A DNA stretch of 64,000 nucleotides from Ascidiella aspersa. Lineage: Eukaryota. Below are positions 13,001 to 23,920 of the stretch, in pieces. The stretch covers positions 32,364,001-32,428,000 of the forward strand of contig OZ004609.1 in assembly GCA_963924565.1 (NCBI GenBank). The letters run 5' to 3'. The position numbers were made by a program, and so were the translations under genes. Below the pieces are notes generated by a model. The model worked only from the letters and a program-made list of their open reading frames with translations, did not search any database and was not told where the DNA came from. Numbering within the stretch: position 1 is the stretch's first letter; every line of letters starts with the position of its first letter.

Positions 13001-16000
13001 AAGTAAAATTTTTATTAACTTGTGTTAGTCACAATAACATTACGCTGTTTTTTTCGTAAACTTAACCTTTGGGTACCCCCTATTAGAACGTATACCAAAA
13101 GTTGAGAAACACTGATTTCCAGAATGCTTAACACGCTTTCTCGTTTTATCACCTTTGATGACGGTTGTTGGTTAAGACTTTTATTCGACAAAAAAATATA
13201 CTTTTACGCGCACAAAGTGAAACAGTAAGTAACGGCTGCTACTAAAAACGCGCCATTTTCATTCGAAATAGGCGTCTTACCGTCCCGATGTCGCACCTAA
13301 ACGTTATTTAAGGAGCATATATTTGCATTAGAATGTGCGCAAAGCAATACAAACAAGGAACTGAAAATCCTGCTGCACTCGTGCGTAAAATAAAACAAGC
13401 CAGAAAATGATAGTGCTAAAGTCGCAAGGGAACAAAGTTAACAAACAAGGAAGTGAAAGTCTTGCTGTGATACGGAGAACACCTAAATGAACTCCCAATT
13501 GTCTCATAACATTTTAAAAGTTTGATAAATTTGATCCAATTTTATACAGTTTAACGTGCACAAAGTGAAACAGTAACGTAAAAAGGCGATGTTTAATTTT
13601 AAACATGCATCCGCGTTGAAGTCTGTATGAATGCCCCAAAGCTCACAATTTACCTTTGTTTAAGCCAGGATGTTTTAAGCATGACCCTCGATGCATCTGT
13701 TATTTTAAATATTTTACAATTAACCCTATTTTTGTGATTTTCATTATGACTTGTGACCTCCCGCGACGTTATTTTCCAAAACTTCAGCCGAAATTCAAAC
13801 TAAAGAATTTCGCGCAAATGTAGCATAATGGATTGCGCGAAAAGTAAAAATGGAGGAATCTGCAAAAAAGCAATAAAAGTTGACATTTTTAATTAGCCAA
13901 AAAAACAAAAATGAATTCAATTTGACAAATGAATCAATTTTTTTCGCATTTTTAATGAATTTCTGTAGTTATAAATCGTATTATTTTTAAACAGTCAAAA
14001 AAGGTGGTTCAAAGAAGCCGTAGGTTCGAAGCTACGCATTTCACCCATGACCTATCGTTGTAATCATCCCATCGTTTTTAAGCATTTTATCACCCCTGCA
14101 ATTGCATATTTGTAGTTCCAAATCGTATATTTTTCAAATAACTTGCAAAAGGTTTGTTGACGACTGGTTAAACTGGCCGCAGTCCTAAAGCCAAGTTACA
14201 CCCAGATTTGTAATCAGGCTGTCGCTTTTACGAACACTAATGCATTTTTAATTCCCCGCATTTTTGTACTTAATCTTAATATTTTTAAACAGTCAAAAAA
14301 GGGTAGTCGTTCGTTCAAAGTAGCCGCAGGCCCGAAGCTGCGCGTTATACCCTTTTTGTAATCAGGCCGTCATTTTTAAGCATTTAATAACCCCTGTATA
14401 TTTTTACTTTCAAATCGTATTTTTAAAACAGAACAAAACAGGTTGTCGTCTTTTCAAAGTATAGCCGTTAGGCCCGAAGCTAAATTACACACATCATTAT
14501 AATCAGGCCGTAGTTCATAAGCATTTAATAACCCCTGTATAATACGTATTTTTTTGAAAACAGAACAAAACAGGTTGTCGGCCGTTCAAATTAGCCGCTA
14601 TCCCGAAGCGCCAGTTATAAGTGCATAGCTGTAAAATTCATACCGTTCCTTTCAGTTCAGAGCAACGCTTAAGCCCGAACTAAAAAGGGCCCGGTTTCAA
14701 CTCCTGTTTCAAGCAGATGTTCAAAATTCTCTCGTAGCATTGCCACGAGTCCTCTGCGGTTTTGGCGATCCGACTTAGCCAGCCGGATTACTCTCATGTG
14801 CGGCCTAAAAATAGGAGGCTCCGTGCAAAGCGCCAGAACTGGCAAAAACGCGTGCTGGAGACTGAGTAATATCAGGGCATAAGTGTGCGTTTATTAGGCA
14901 GATCGAGGACCGCTTTTGCGGCACTGTAATCCTGGGAAAAGTAATGGAGCGCTTTTTTGACGTCGCAGCAGAAGTTTCTAAAAAGTGTTTTTGCCTCTTT
15001 ATGTTTTGGCTGCTGTCCGTAAGTGTAGTCGATATTAGAAAAAAAAACAGTCAAGGAGCCAGTTTAACGTTTACGCGTTTAGGCTTTATACTAGTCGTTC
15101 TTAACGTTTCAAGCTCACATGAACAATAAATATAAAAAATATCTCGGCGCAAATTGTTCAAAAACTAAAATTTTACCTTTCGGTAAATCCCATAACATAT
15201 TATCAATTTATCAGGCATTCAAGTACAGTACGCTTGCCTTAACGCCGATTTGTGATACAAATATGTTATTTTCCTAAATTTAAAAGCGTTGCGTCTAGAT
15301 CTCAATGATCTCTTTACGCGCACGCAGCTTGAGAATCACTGCTTAAAACATTTTTCGCATTTTGTCTGTTTTCGCTGCAAACAACGTGGACGTTCAGCTG
15401 TGGTTATAGTTGGTTTTAGTTGCACGCAAAATCTTCTCAACAAATCGTATCCGGATAGGTAAGTCAGCGTTTTCGTTGTGCGACCAGTTTCTTGTCGTTT
15501 CCAGTCCGTCCAATTTCCTCTCGACCGCTTTAACGTGTCTGTTTGTAACTAATAGCAAACATATTCGTGCGCCAACATTTTGCCGATCGCTTTTACTGAA
15601 ATGCGGCAAGATTTTTATTCGTCACCTTTTCCAATTAAGCTTATATAGCTGCCTTGAGAGCCCTCGGCAGGTTTTACACTTTTTTTAACGCTTTTAATTT
15701 TTGTTTGGCGTAGACCAGTGTCGGCATAAATTTGTTCAGTAATGACGTCATAAAATCAGTTGGCTTAATCTGCCTGCTGTTTTCGGGCGAACTCGTGCGC
15801 AAATATAAAACTAAACTCTAGTCCATGTATATTTAAGGAGAATGCCCAAAAGCGTTTTTCACTTGAATCATCCTCCAAAATTATATTTACTCTTTATTTT
15901 ATTATTTTATTATTTTATTTTGTTTTTTTAACTAATCACTACGACTTCCTTAGGGCTTCATGCACCGCCTAATACTTGCCCACTCACTTATGTTTAGGAA

Positions 16001-18183
16001 CTCCTAGCTCAAACAATTTAACTTACTATGAAATATTTAGGCTATTTGCGGCTATAAAGGCTATAGCCTGCGATGAATCCTAATGTCACAACCCTAGCCA
16101 GTCTTACAATTCGAATATCGCCACAAGCGTGTATTCTTTATCGCCCAATGCCTTGCTCATTGAAACCTTAGGCTGGAAGATTTTGCTTTTCATCCAATTT
16201 CGAATATGTCGATTTTATTAATTAGACTTGCGACACCGCATCCTTGGTGTATAGTGTCAATCCGTTTTTTGTGTTTAAAGCAGGGCTGTGAAGTCGGTTA
16301 AAAATAACCCGAGTCCGACTCCGGCCAAATGTTCGATTTTTTCGAGTCTTGAGTTCGGCTCAGACTCCCCAGTCTGTATTTACCACATTGCATGTCTACA
16401 TACGGTGGAGCAATCCACTTGTCATAGATTTTAATCAAGCACAATACATGGTTGGAAATTTTTCAACATTGTGTTATTTCGCCTTAACAATTTACAATTT
16501 GCGGCCTTACCAGTTTCGAAATGTGGTACCGCGGATTCGCACGCCGCACTCTGGATTCAAGTACAGGAACTGATGATGCCACTTTGGCGAAATATATTTT
16601 CCTTTAAACAAAACGTCTGATCCTGTTTTTACTCATGTTTTTAACTATGAGTTTTACTGGATTCAAGTAGTCTTACGTAATCTAACAAAGTCCCAAGTTC
16701 CGACTCTGCATCGCTGATTTAAAGTAACAAATCCATTTTATATTGATTTTAAACGACATATTCGCTCCTTTCCTCGCAGGAGTCGCTCGACATCTTCCAG
16801 GTGATTGTAAACAACAGCTACTTCGTCAACGTCTCCATCATCCTTTTCCTCAACAAGACCGACCTCCTGGAGGAGAAGGTCGATCTCGGGGTCCTCCTAT
16901 CCGACTACTTCCCCGACTTCGAGGGGGAGCCCCGTAACCTGGCCGACGTTCAGCACTATCTCGTCTACAGGTCGGTGTAACTTCGTCAAGTTCCGAAGGT
17001 CAAGCGTTCGAATCGCGCATGAGACTGAATTAAATTGAGTAATTTTAATAGATAGAATTTATTTTAAATATGAATTCCGGTCTTTTAGGACTATCTAATC
17101 TACGGGTCTGTTACGTTCCGGATTTCGTGCGTTTGAATCGCGTATGAGACTGAATTAAATTTGGCGTCGGTGGTTAATAGTCGTCATTTGAATTGTGAAG
17201 CCCAGCTTTCTAGCACTATCTCGTCTATTGGTCGGTGACACTTACTTTGTCAAAGTTTCAAAGGTCTAGCGTTCGAATCGCGGATGAGACTGAATTAATT
17301 GAGCATTCTTGATTATTAAATTTTGATTTTTTAAGTCCAGGCTTTTAGCACAAATTTAATTAAGCAATGATAGTTGATAGTTGTGATTTTGAATGTTGAA
17401 GTCCAGCATTCTAGCACTATCTAGTCTACGGGTCGGTGTAACTTTTCAAATTCCGAAGGTCACGCGTTCATTCGTGCACGAAAATGAATTAAACTGGCCA
17501 ACGTTAAATTAACTCTTTTTACAATTTTTGATGCATTCACAATTTCAGCTTCAGCTGTTATTTTTCTCATAAAATAGCCTTTTTGGGCAACCGCTTACTA
17601 CTCATTCCAGTTGAAGCAGTTCTCATTCCAGCTTTGCGTGCGCGCTTTCGAGAATTTTCGATTGTGCGTCGAATTTGTCAATTTTTTTTACTACTGTATT
17701 AAAATAGACGTTTTCTCTGCGCGGTCAATGCTCTGTCGACAAGCAAACTCCAGGAATGCCTATAATTTACACCAATATGTGATTTGCCCATAATATCCTT
17801 GTCGTATTCTTTAATATGAACAAACTGCAACGTAATGCAGTAATTGATCAAGGCCTATTCAATCAAACGAAAGATTCAGCGGTGGATATAAACATTACAG
17901 TAAAAAGTTAAAACAGATCTCTTTCCTGTAAATTGCGATTTTTATTTGAAATCCGCCCGCACAACTGCCCTCCTTCTTCCGAGACCTGCAGTTCATTCGC
18001 TGCCGACCGCGGTTCTAACGTTTTTCCGCTGGTCGCAGGTTCGAGTCTCAGCGCCGGGACCGCAGCAAGCCTTTCTTCCACCACTTCACGAAGGCGATCG
18101 ACACCGACAACATCCGCTTCGTCTTCAACGCCGTCAAGGACACGATCCTACACGAGAACCTCCACCAGCTCATGCTGCAGTGA
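7001..18183 (+). CDS. GNA13: Heterotrimeric G protein alpha subunit, G12/13 family (359 aa, 8 coding exons)
   Basis: Exons 7001-7108, 7816-7962, 9757-9957, 10519-10569, 10880-11011, 11740-11844, 16780-16970, 18039-18183; all GT-AG and in phase. Motifs: GAGESGKST, switch I RQATKGI, DVGGQRS, NKTD. C-terminus [10 protein letters not shown] is typical of G12/13 (GNA13 ends ..NLKQLMLQ). N-terminal Cys residues are candidate palmitoylation sites. Likely the pro-orthologue of GNA12/GNA13. Confidence 0.95.
7567..7609 (+). ncRNA. Minimal type I hammerhead ribozyme motif with a mutated core, inside an inverted-repeat element (~7510-7668)
   Basis: AGCAGAA-CTGACGA-tGC ttttt GC-GTAA-C TATA G-TA-TTCTGCT: 7-bp stem I and palindromic stem III, but GAAA is changed to GTAA. 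AATAAA follows, and ~30-bp inverted repeats flank it. Confidence 0.65.
13985..14620. repeat. Diverged tandem repeat (~140-bp unit, ~5 copies) in G-alpha intron 6
   Basis: Recurring TTTTAAACAG(T/A)..AAAA..GG...TTCAAA..AGCCG.AGGCCCGAAGC...TAATCAGGCCGT...TAAGCATTT units starting near 13985, 14135, 14282, 14420 and 14550. Confidence 0.75.
16281..16716. mobile_element. hAT-type MITE (GAGTCGG/CCGACTC family) containing a hammerhead-bearing segment
   Basis: Ends CAGGGCTGTGAAGTCGG...CCGACTCTGCATCGCTG; TSD (G/A)TTTAAAG. Related copies at ~42580-43030 (inverted) and ~49157-49325. Confidence 0.7.
16565..16603 (+). ncRNA. Minimal type I hammerhead ribozyme with intact catalytic core, sense strand of G-alpha intron 6
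   Basis: AGGAA-CTGATGA-tGCC acttt GGC-GAAA-TATA-T-T-TTCCT: 5-bp stem I, CUGAUGA, stem II, GAAA, palindromic TATA loop, UH cleavage site. Confidence 0.75.
16950..17495 (+). repeat. Tandem repeat (~130-bp unit, 4 recognisable copies) whose first unit spans the exon 7 splice donor
   Basis: AGCACTATCT(C/A)GTCTA..GGTCGGTG...GCGTTCGAATCGCG.ATGAGACTGAATTAA at ~16952, ~17087, ~17212 and ~17413. Confidence 0.8.
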
Positions 18184-21100
18184 CGTAGGCTCGTGACGTA
18201 ACGCCACGCCATGTGTGACGTCATCCTGGGGCAGCCCGCGCGCGCAGGGACGATGCGGCGGCTGCGCGCGCGCGCTCTTTCTCCCTTTTTGTTTCGCTCG
18301 CTCCGACGGTGAGTTAACAAAGCAACTTTGTGACGTCATCGCCGAAGAAAAAGGCTGTTCTGACGTAATATTTTAAGCGACTAACAAAAGAGTGCGTTTT
18401 TTAATTATTTATCGTTTATTTTTGCTCTCGCGTTTTTTTTTTTCTAGTTGCAGTATGAACGGGAAAGTTTTCGGAATGGTGCGCGTCCATTTTACGAAAA
18501 GTCGCTTTTATTCTCGCTGAGAATATGTTTATTTTGTTGCTTTTTTCCCCAATAGGCCTCTTTCTTTTTTCCCGCTCAGTATTCCTCGTTCTGCGCGAAA
18601 CTATATAATGACGTCATTGCGCTACTATAACGTCACAAGGGCGGCCTCTACCTATTTGCGGATGCTAGACTGGCGGACAGATTTTTGTCACTCAGCGGCC
18701 AATCATAAAGCCACCCCTTTAGGGTCCTTATTTTTCCCTCCTTTGTTTTAAAGCAGTCTGGTTTGATTTAGGTGCCCGTTGCCTTGGAAGGTGGCCAGAC
18801 ATTGATCAATGGCCACTGACCAGTGTTGCTATAAGTTTCGGCTTAGCCCATCATCCTAGTGTGATTTTAACTTTGCGCGAAGCCGCGCTTTTTTCCTCGA
18901 CCGCTCACTAAGATATTGCTTATGGTTTGTATCAACACCTAGAAGATTTTTTTTGCCTAAACGTTATTTGCCTTCTCTTTCTCAAAAGACCAAAGCGGAG
19001 ACCTATATTTTTTCTGTTGTTCTGATGCGGATTTTTCACATATGGCGCGATTAGTGCTTTGACGTTACTAGCTGAAGTACTGAAATTTACAATGATACCA
19101 AATTCCGCACATATTTAACCAAAAAAAGTATCGGTCTTATTAGCTTAAATATTGTGTTTTCATAGATGGTTGCGAACTTGGTTTAACAGCGTGGTTTTAC
19201 CGTATTTAGTCCTCGAAACTATTAGGTGGTAAATAATTTTTGGGGCGTTAGGAATAAAGATTAAAATAGACCATCTAGTACGTGGAGTATGTATTTTGAA
19301 ATTATAACTAAAAATGCTATTTCAGCTGCAGCGCTGCGTTACTATCACAATTCGTTATCCCCGAAATAAAAACGCCCGAATTTTTCTACTTATTTAATAA
19401 AATACCTATTCTAATCTCAATCCACAGGAAAAATCTTGAAATAAACTAAATTCGCGTTGGTCGGTTTCAGATAATCAAGATCATACGAAAGTGCAAGTAG
19501 CAAACAAAGGCTGTACAAAACGGTCCCTCTTTAAAAACAGGATATGTTGCATATTTCGCCCTTTTGACATTGTTGCGACTTTAATTTTAAGAAGTTTAGT
19601 GCTAGTTTTGTGGCCAAATCATTTTACAATCTCATATAAAGGACAAAATTGTTGCATTTTTGTTTGGAAGCGTAAGCTACCGTTTCTTGAAAACCATTTA
19701 CGGCCATACGAATAAGTTTAAATATGAAAGTTCGTATGTCAACTCCGTAGAAGCACCGTAGGTTAGTGGCGGACTCGTATTCATGCTTAAACCTCTTTTG
19801 TAAAAACAAAAGTTGTTTTGAAATATCTCACGCAAATGCGGGCAAAGGAAGAGCATATAAATCCGGCTTGCTCGATTTACGCATACATTATTAATTGACC
19901 ACCGAGTTTGGAATTTTTGCCTAAGCGTGCATAGAATTTGTAAAACTTTTCCAGTTTTAAATTTAGGATGGAGTTAGCGTTTAGGTTTGGGTCATGGTAA
20001 GTATTATTGAATTTAATTTACCCACTATATCCATTACCCCACAATCCATTTAAATTACATTGTTAGCCGGGTACCCATACCCCAATTAGTGATGAAACAT
20101 ACATTTCAACTATTAGCTGGGTAAATACCATGTTCCGTTTTCAAATCCCGAGCGTTCAGGAATAACACAAACCAAGAGAAGGCCTCGTTAACGCCAGATT
20201 CAATGCCAATAGCTCCAGCCGTGAGAAACAAGCACTCAGTTAACGTTTGAAATCCATTGTTTGCGCTACAAGATTGCAGTGGCGGTTTACCGCAAAGGCT
20301 TGCTATCAGGTTATTGCGTCCTCTAACGACCCAACAGCTATTCTTGTTTGAAATATCACTTTTACCTTTCTGCACCCTCCCCCTAGTCTCGTTGCATTGT
20401 CCCTCGCGTTCGACGCATATCCGCGATGCGCTGGTTTTTCACTTAAATAGATCGGCGCGACCTTTCGAAAGCTAAATCTCGCGCCCTTTAATGGCAGAAC
20501 AGTTAACTTGGTGGTCTTAACCAACGATCGACTTTTTTTCATTGCTTTGAATGCTAGCTTTAAAATTGAGAAATACCCGGGTAAAAAAGGAAACTTTTCG
20601 CTTTGCGAAGTGCTCGTGCAAATTTGACGAACGTGTAGCTCAACCGATGGATTTGCTTTACAATTTTACAGCGTGAAGAATAATACAACTGCGTTCAAAA
20701 TATTACAAGCTTTTTAATGAGTAGTTCCCACCCTTTTTTGCTTTTCCAAAGTTATTTTTCGCGATTTTGGTTCACCTTGGATATTATATGTCGAAATATT
20801 TCGGATTTAAATATGTTTTTGCCGCCATCTTAGCAGATGCTATACCATCCCTTTCAGGATATTTATTGCTAAGAAATAAACCTGTGACCCCGAGTTGACA
20901 CTTTGTCAAAACGTACAGGCAAACATCCATGCAAAACGCTAACCTTGACCCTCTCAAACCCACCCTCTATGAATGAGAATCGCCTACCTTCGTTTCGTCA
21001 AGGGGGGGCGCGTACCTGCGTGCGCATTCAAAGAAACCGCCAAAACATGACGTCACTCGTACGCGTTGTGACCTCAGCCCTACGTCACAGGCCCAATTAT

Positions 21101-23825
21101 GCGCGCGCGCTTCCGGTCTGTCGGTCACGTGCGTGTAGCGGTTTCCCGAAGGGCCTTTATCATATTTATAGCGCGCAACCGAATTATTAGAAATCCTCTT
21201 TTGGGAGAAGGCTCGCAATGATGTGGTATGCATGAAGGGCCCTTGTACTGCGACCAATACCACGTTCGATTGTCGTTCCTCTTTTTGCCTTGGCGCTCGG
21301 CCAAACAGCCTTCAAAAGGCCAATATTGGTGCGGTCGTTTACTCGGCTACGTCGGCTTGCGGTGGTCAATGCGAATTGCCCCGAAAATAAACGAGATGTG
21401 CCTTTTAACCGCTTTGGTTTCGTGCGCGAGCGGACTTTGCCGGTTGTGCGCGCAGTACAGCTTGTTGTTGCGGATGCTGGTTTAAAATTAGGGCTCCCAG
21501 CGAAATTTGGAACACTTTAATACGACCGTTACGATTTCAGTTCCCCAGCAATGCGCTTACACGCTGCATCGAGAGTTAGTCTTGTAAAAATCTGAACATT
21601 TCGAGTTCCATACACGGTTTCTCAAAACCCGGTTGTAACTATGGCACTTAGTTTCCCAGTTGTTATTTACGACATCTCTTGAAAATTGCAAGGTTTGTGG
21701 AAAAAGAAAATTTCTAATTTGTAGTATTTCTAATAAGTCAATGTAAAATATGTAGAATCATTAAAGAGTTGAGTCGCAAACGCTTCTTAATAAGCCAGTT
21801 TTAAAATATCTTACACTCTAAAAAATAGTCCAGGGATGACAATTCGTGAACGCATTTACTAAAAAGAGTTTTCAAAGTGGTCCTACTAACTGTTTCTGAT
21901 ATTAAGCAAACAAGTACCAATTTCTCGCCTTATGCGCCACCCTTAAAATTTTACTTTATTTTATTTCTTTTTTAAAATCTTTGTCACAGCCCTCGACTTG
22001 TTACTAAGCCAACTAAAATAGCTAAGAGCAATGTTGTACGTCTTCTTTTGCACCTGGGTCGGTTTCGTCGAGTAACTGTCTTTCGCTTCCTTTGCTTGCT
22101 TACCCACATACGCTTATCTCACGATTCGAACCCCAGTGTTTTTTTTTTCGTTTTTTCCCTAGCAGTAGCAAAGTCGCATCGACACCTTAGGCAGCTTTCA
22201 ATTCGTGTTCTTTTTTTGTTGCAATGCGACTGCGTTTAAACGCGATTTTGATAAAGAAAATACATCGTTCGCTGTTACCAAAAAAAGAAGTTTTACTTTC
22301 AAACGCCGTACAATCTCTCTACCTGATTTTCCGCCATCTCAGTAAGTAGTTGACCCCGCTTCACATATGCAATGTTCGGCGCTCGCCATTTTTCACCGTT
22401 CCCGCGAAATTGTGACGTCACGAGTCCCCCTCCCCCCATCGAACACATTGTTACGTCATCATCGTTAGTACATAGAGTCATTGTGACAAAACGCGCGCTC
22501 TCAGTGCAAAATGCTGCAATCGAGATTTCCTTTCCTTTTTTCGCGATGCATTTTTTTCGCTTTTGCAAAGTTGCAATTCACGGATCAAAGTAATACCTTG
22601 CATTGAAACAAAGATGTCTTAAAAGTTTTAAAGCACTTCCAAAGCCTACCCCTGCTATTTTTATTGTGCCTTTTTTTCCTTTTTTTGCCTTAGTCGAAAA
22701 ACTCGAGTATTATGCTCATGCAATGCTAAAGTCCAGGATTTGTTTCATTATACGATCAACGATTTGCCGTGTTTTCAATTCGTCTCCGAAAAAATGCGAA
22801 CAAGTTTCACTTCTGCAGTGCCCTTCGTTCCTTTATGACGTGCCAATCATTGTTTGTGACGCAGTAATTTCTCTCGTTTTTAACTTGAAACATAAAAAGA
22901 CCTAGCAGCAGCGACCTACAGGCCTAGTTTGCTTGGTTTAAACCCAAACTACTACCTGGTTTAATGAGAGAACGCGCCGTAAAAGTGATTTTTACGACGA
23001 GTGTGCTTTCGTAATTGAATAATACTGCTTGTCGTCGAGTAAACCTTTTTATGGCCTTTTTCTGGTTTCTATAGAAATATTTTAGAGATGTCTAAGTATG
23101 CTAATGTAATAGCAGTATTTTTAATATTTTTCTCTTGTTATTTTTTTTAATAACCTTGCGGAAAGATTTATATTTTATGAGTACTTTGATTTGAATGCGT
23201 TGGTCTTTGATATCCTAAACCCTTTCCTGCTTTGCAAATCTCCCCTTTAATTGAAACTTAAGTCTTTTCTGTAAAATTTTCCTAAAAAAAAAGCCCTAAA
23301 AACGGGAATCTGTTTTTCAAAAAGCAAAAGTGCCCTTTACACAGTGCCTTCTCACCAATGTTTTATCCAAACTTCTGTAGTTTCAAAGCAATTCTAAAAC
23401 GCTTTCAAAGCCCAACCGCGCTTTCCTACACTCGCCCGTGATTCACGTGCCTTATATTAGATTGAAATTCTAAGTTTCCTTTCAGAGATCATGTTGTGCG
23501 TTCTCGTTAATGATTTCACCCTTACTTGATTCCGTTTGTATTATATAAGCGTTTTATCTGCGCTTTTCGCTTTTCAAATTTGTTTTTTTTTTCACGTTGA
23601 TGAAATCCCCGTTTTGATGACGTTTAATTTCTTCCTACGAAAACTATTGTTTCTGTTTGTTACCGAGTCAAAAGCGTTTTTATGTTTGTTCGTTTGTTTT
23701 CTGCTGCCGTACCTGCCCTGCCTTGTTACTTTGTACATAAAAATAAATTTAATCAACTTGACAGGCGCCGTTTTATTGCTACTTAGAATAATTCATCGAA
23801 ATATTTTTTACCAGCTCTAACTAAC

Positions 23826-23920
23826 CTAGCGTTGAGCCCAATCGGCAGAGCGACGGTCCCTGTCTGGCCAAGGTCGTAAGTTTGAACCTCACTAAAGTCG
23901 AGATTTTTAGCCTTGCCTTC
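23826..23920 (+). mobile_element. tRNA-derived SINE, diverged copy
   Basis: AGCCCAATCGGCAGAGCGACGGTCCC...GGTCGTAAGTTTGAACCTCAC...TTTTTAGCCTTGC; homologous to the copy at 41606-41705. Confidence 0.7.

Noticed and set aside
13985-14620. CRISPR-like array
   Set aside because: Eukaryotic intron; whole units are homologous with no unique spacers and no cas genes.
14640-15690. Nested gene in G-alpha intron 6 (several 60-90 aa ORFs)
   Set aside because: No recognisable domain or consistent splice structure; ORFs of this length arise by chance in CpG-richer DNA.
15890-16265. 5'-truncated LINE remnant on the minus strand with an A-rich tail
   Set aside because: Plausible from the tail, but the translation has stops and no recognisable RT motif.
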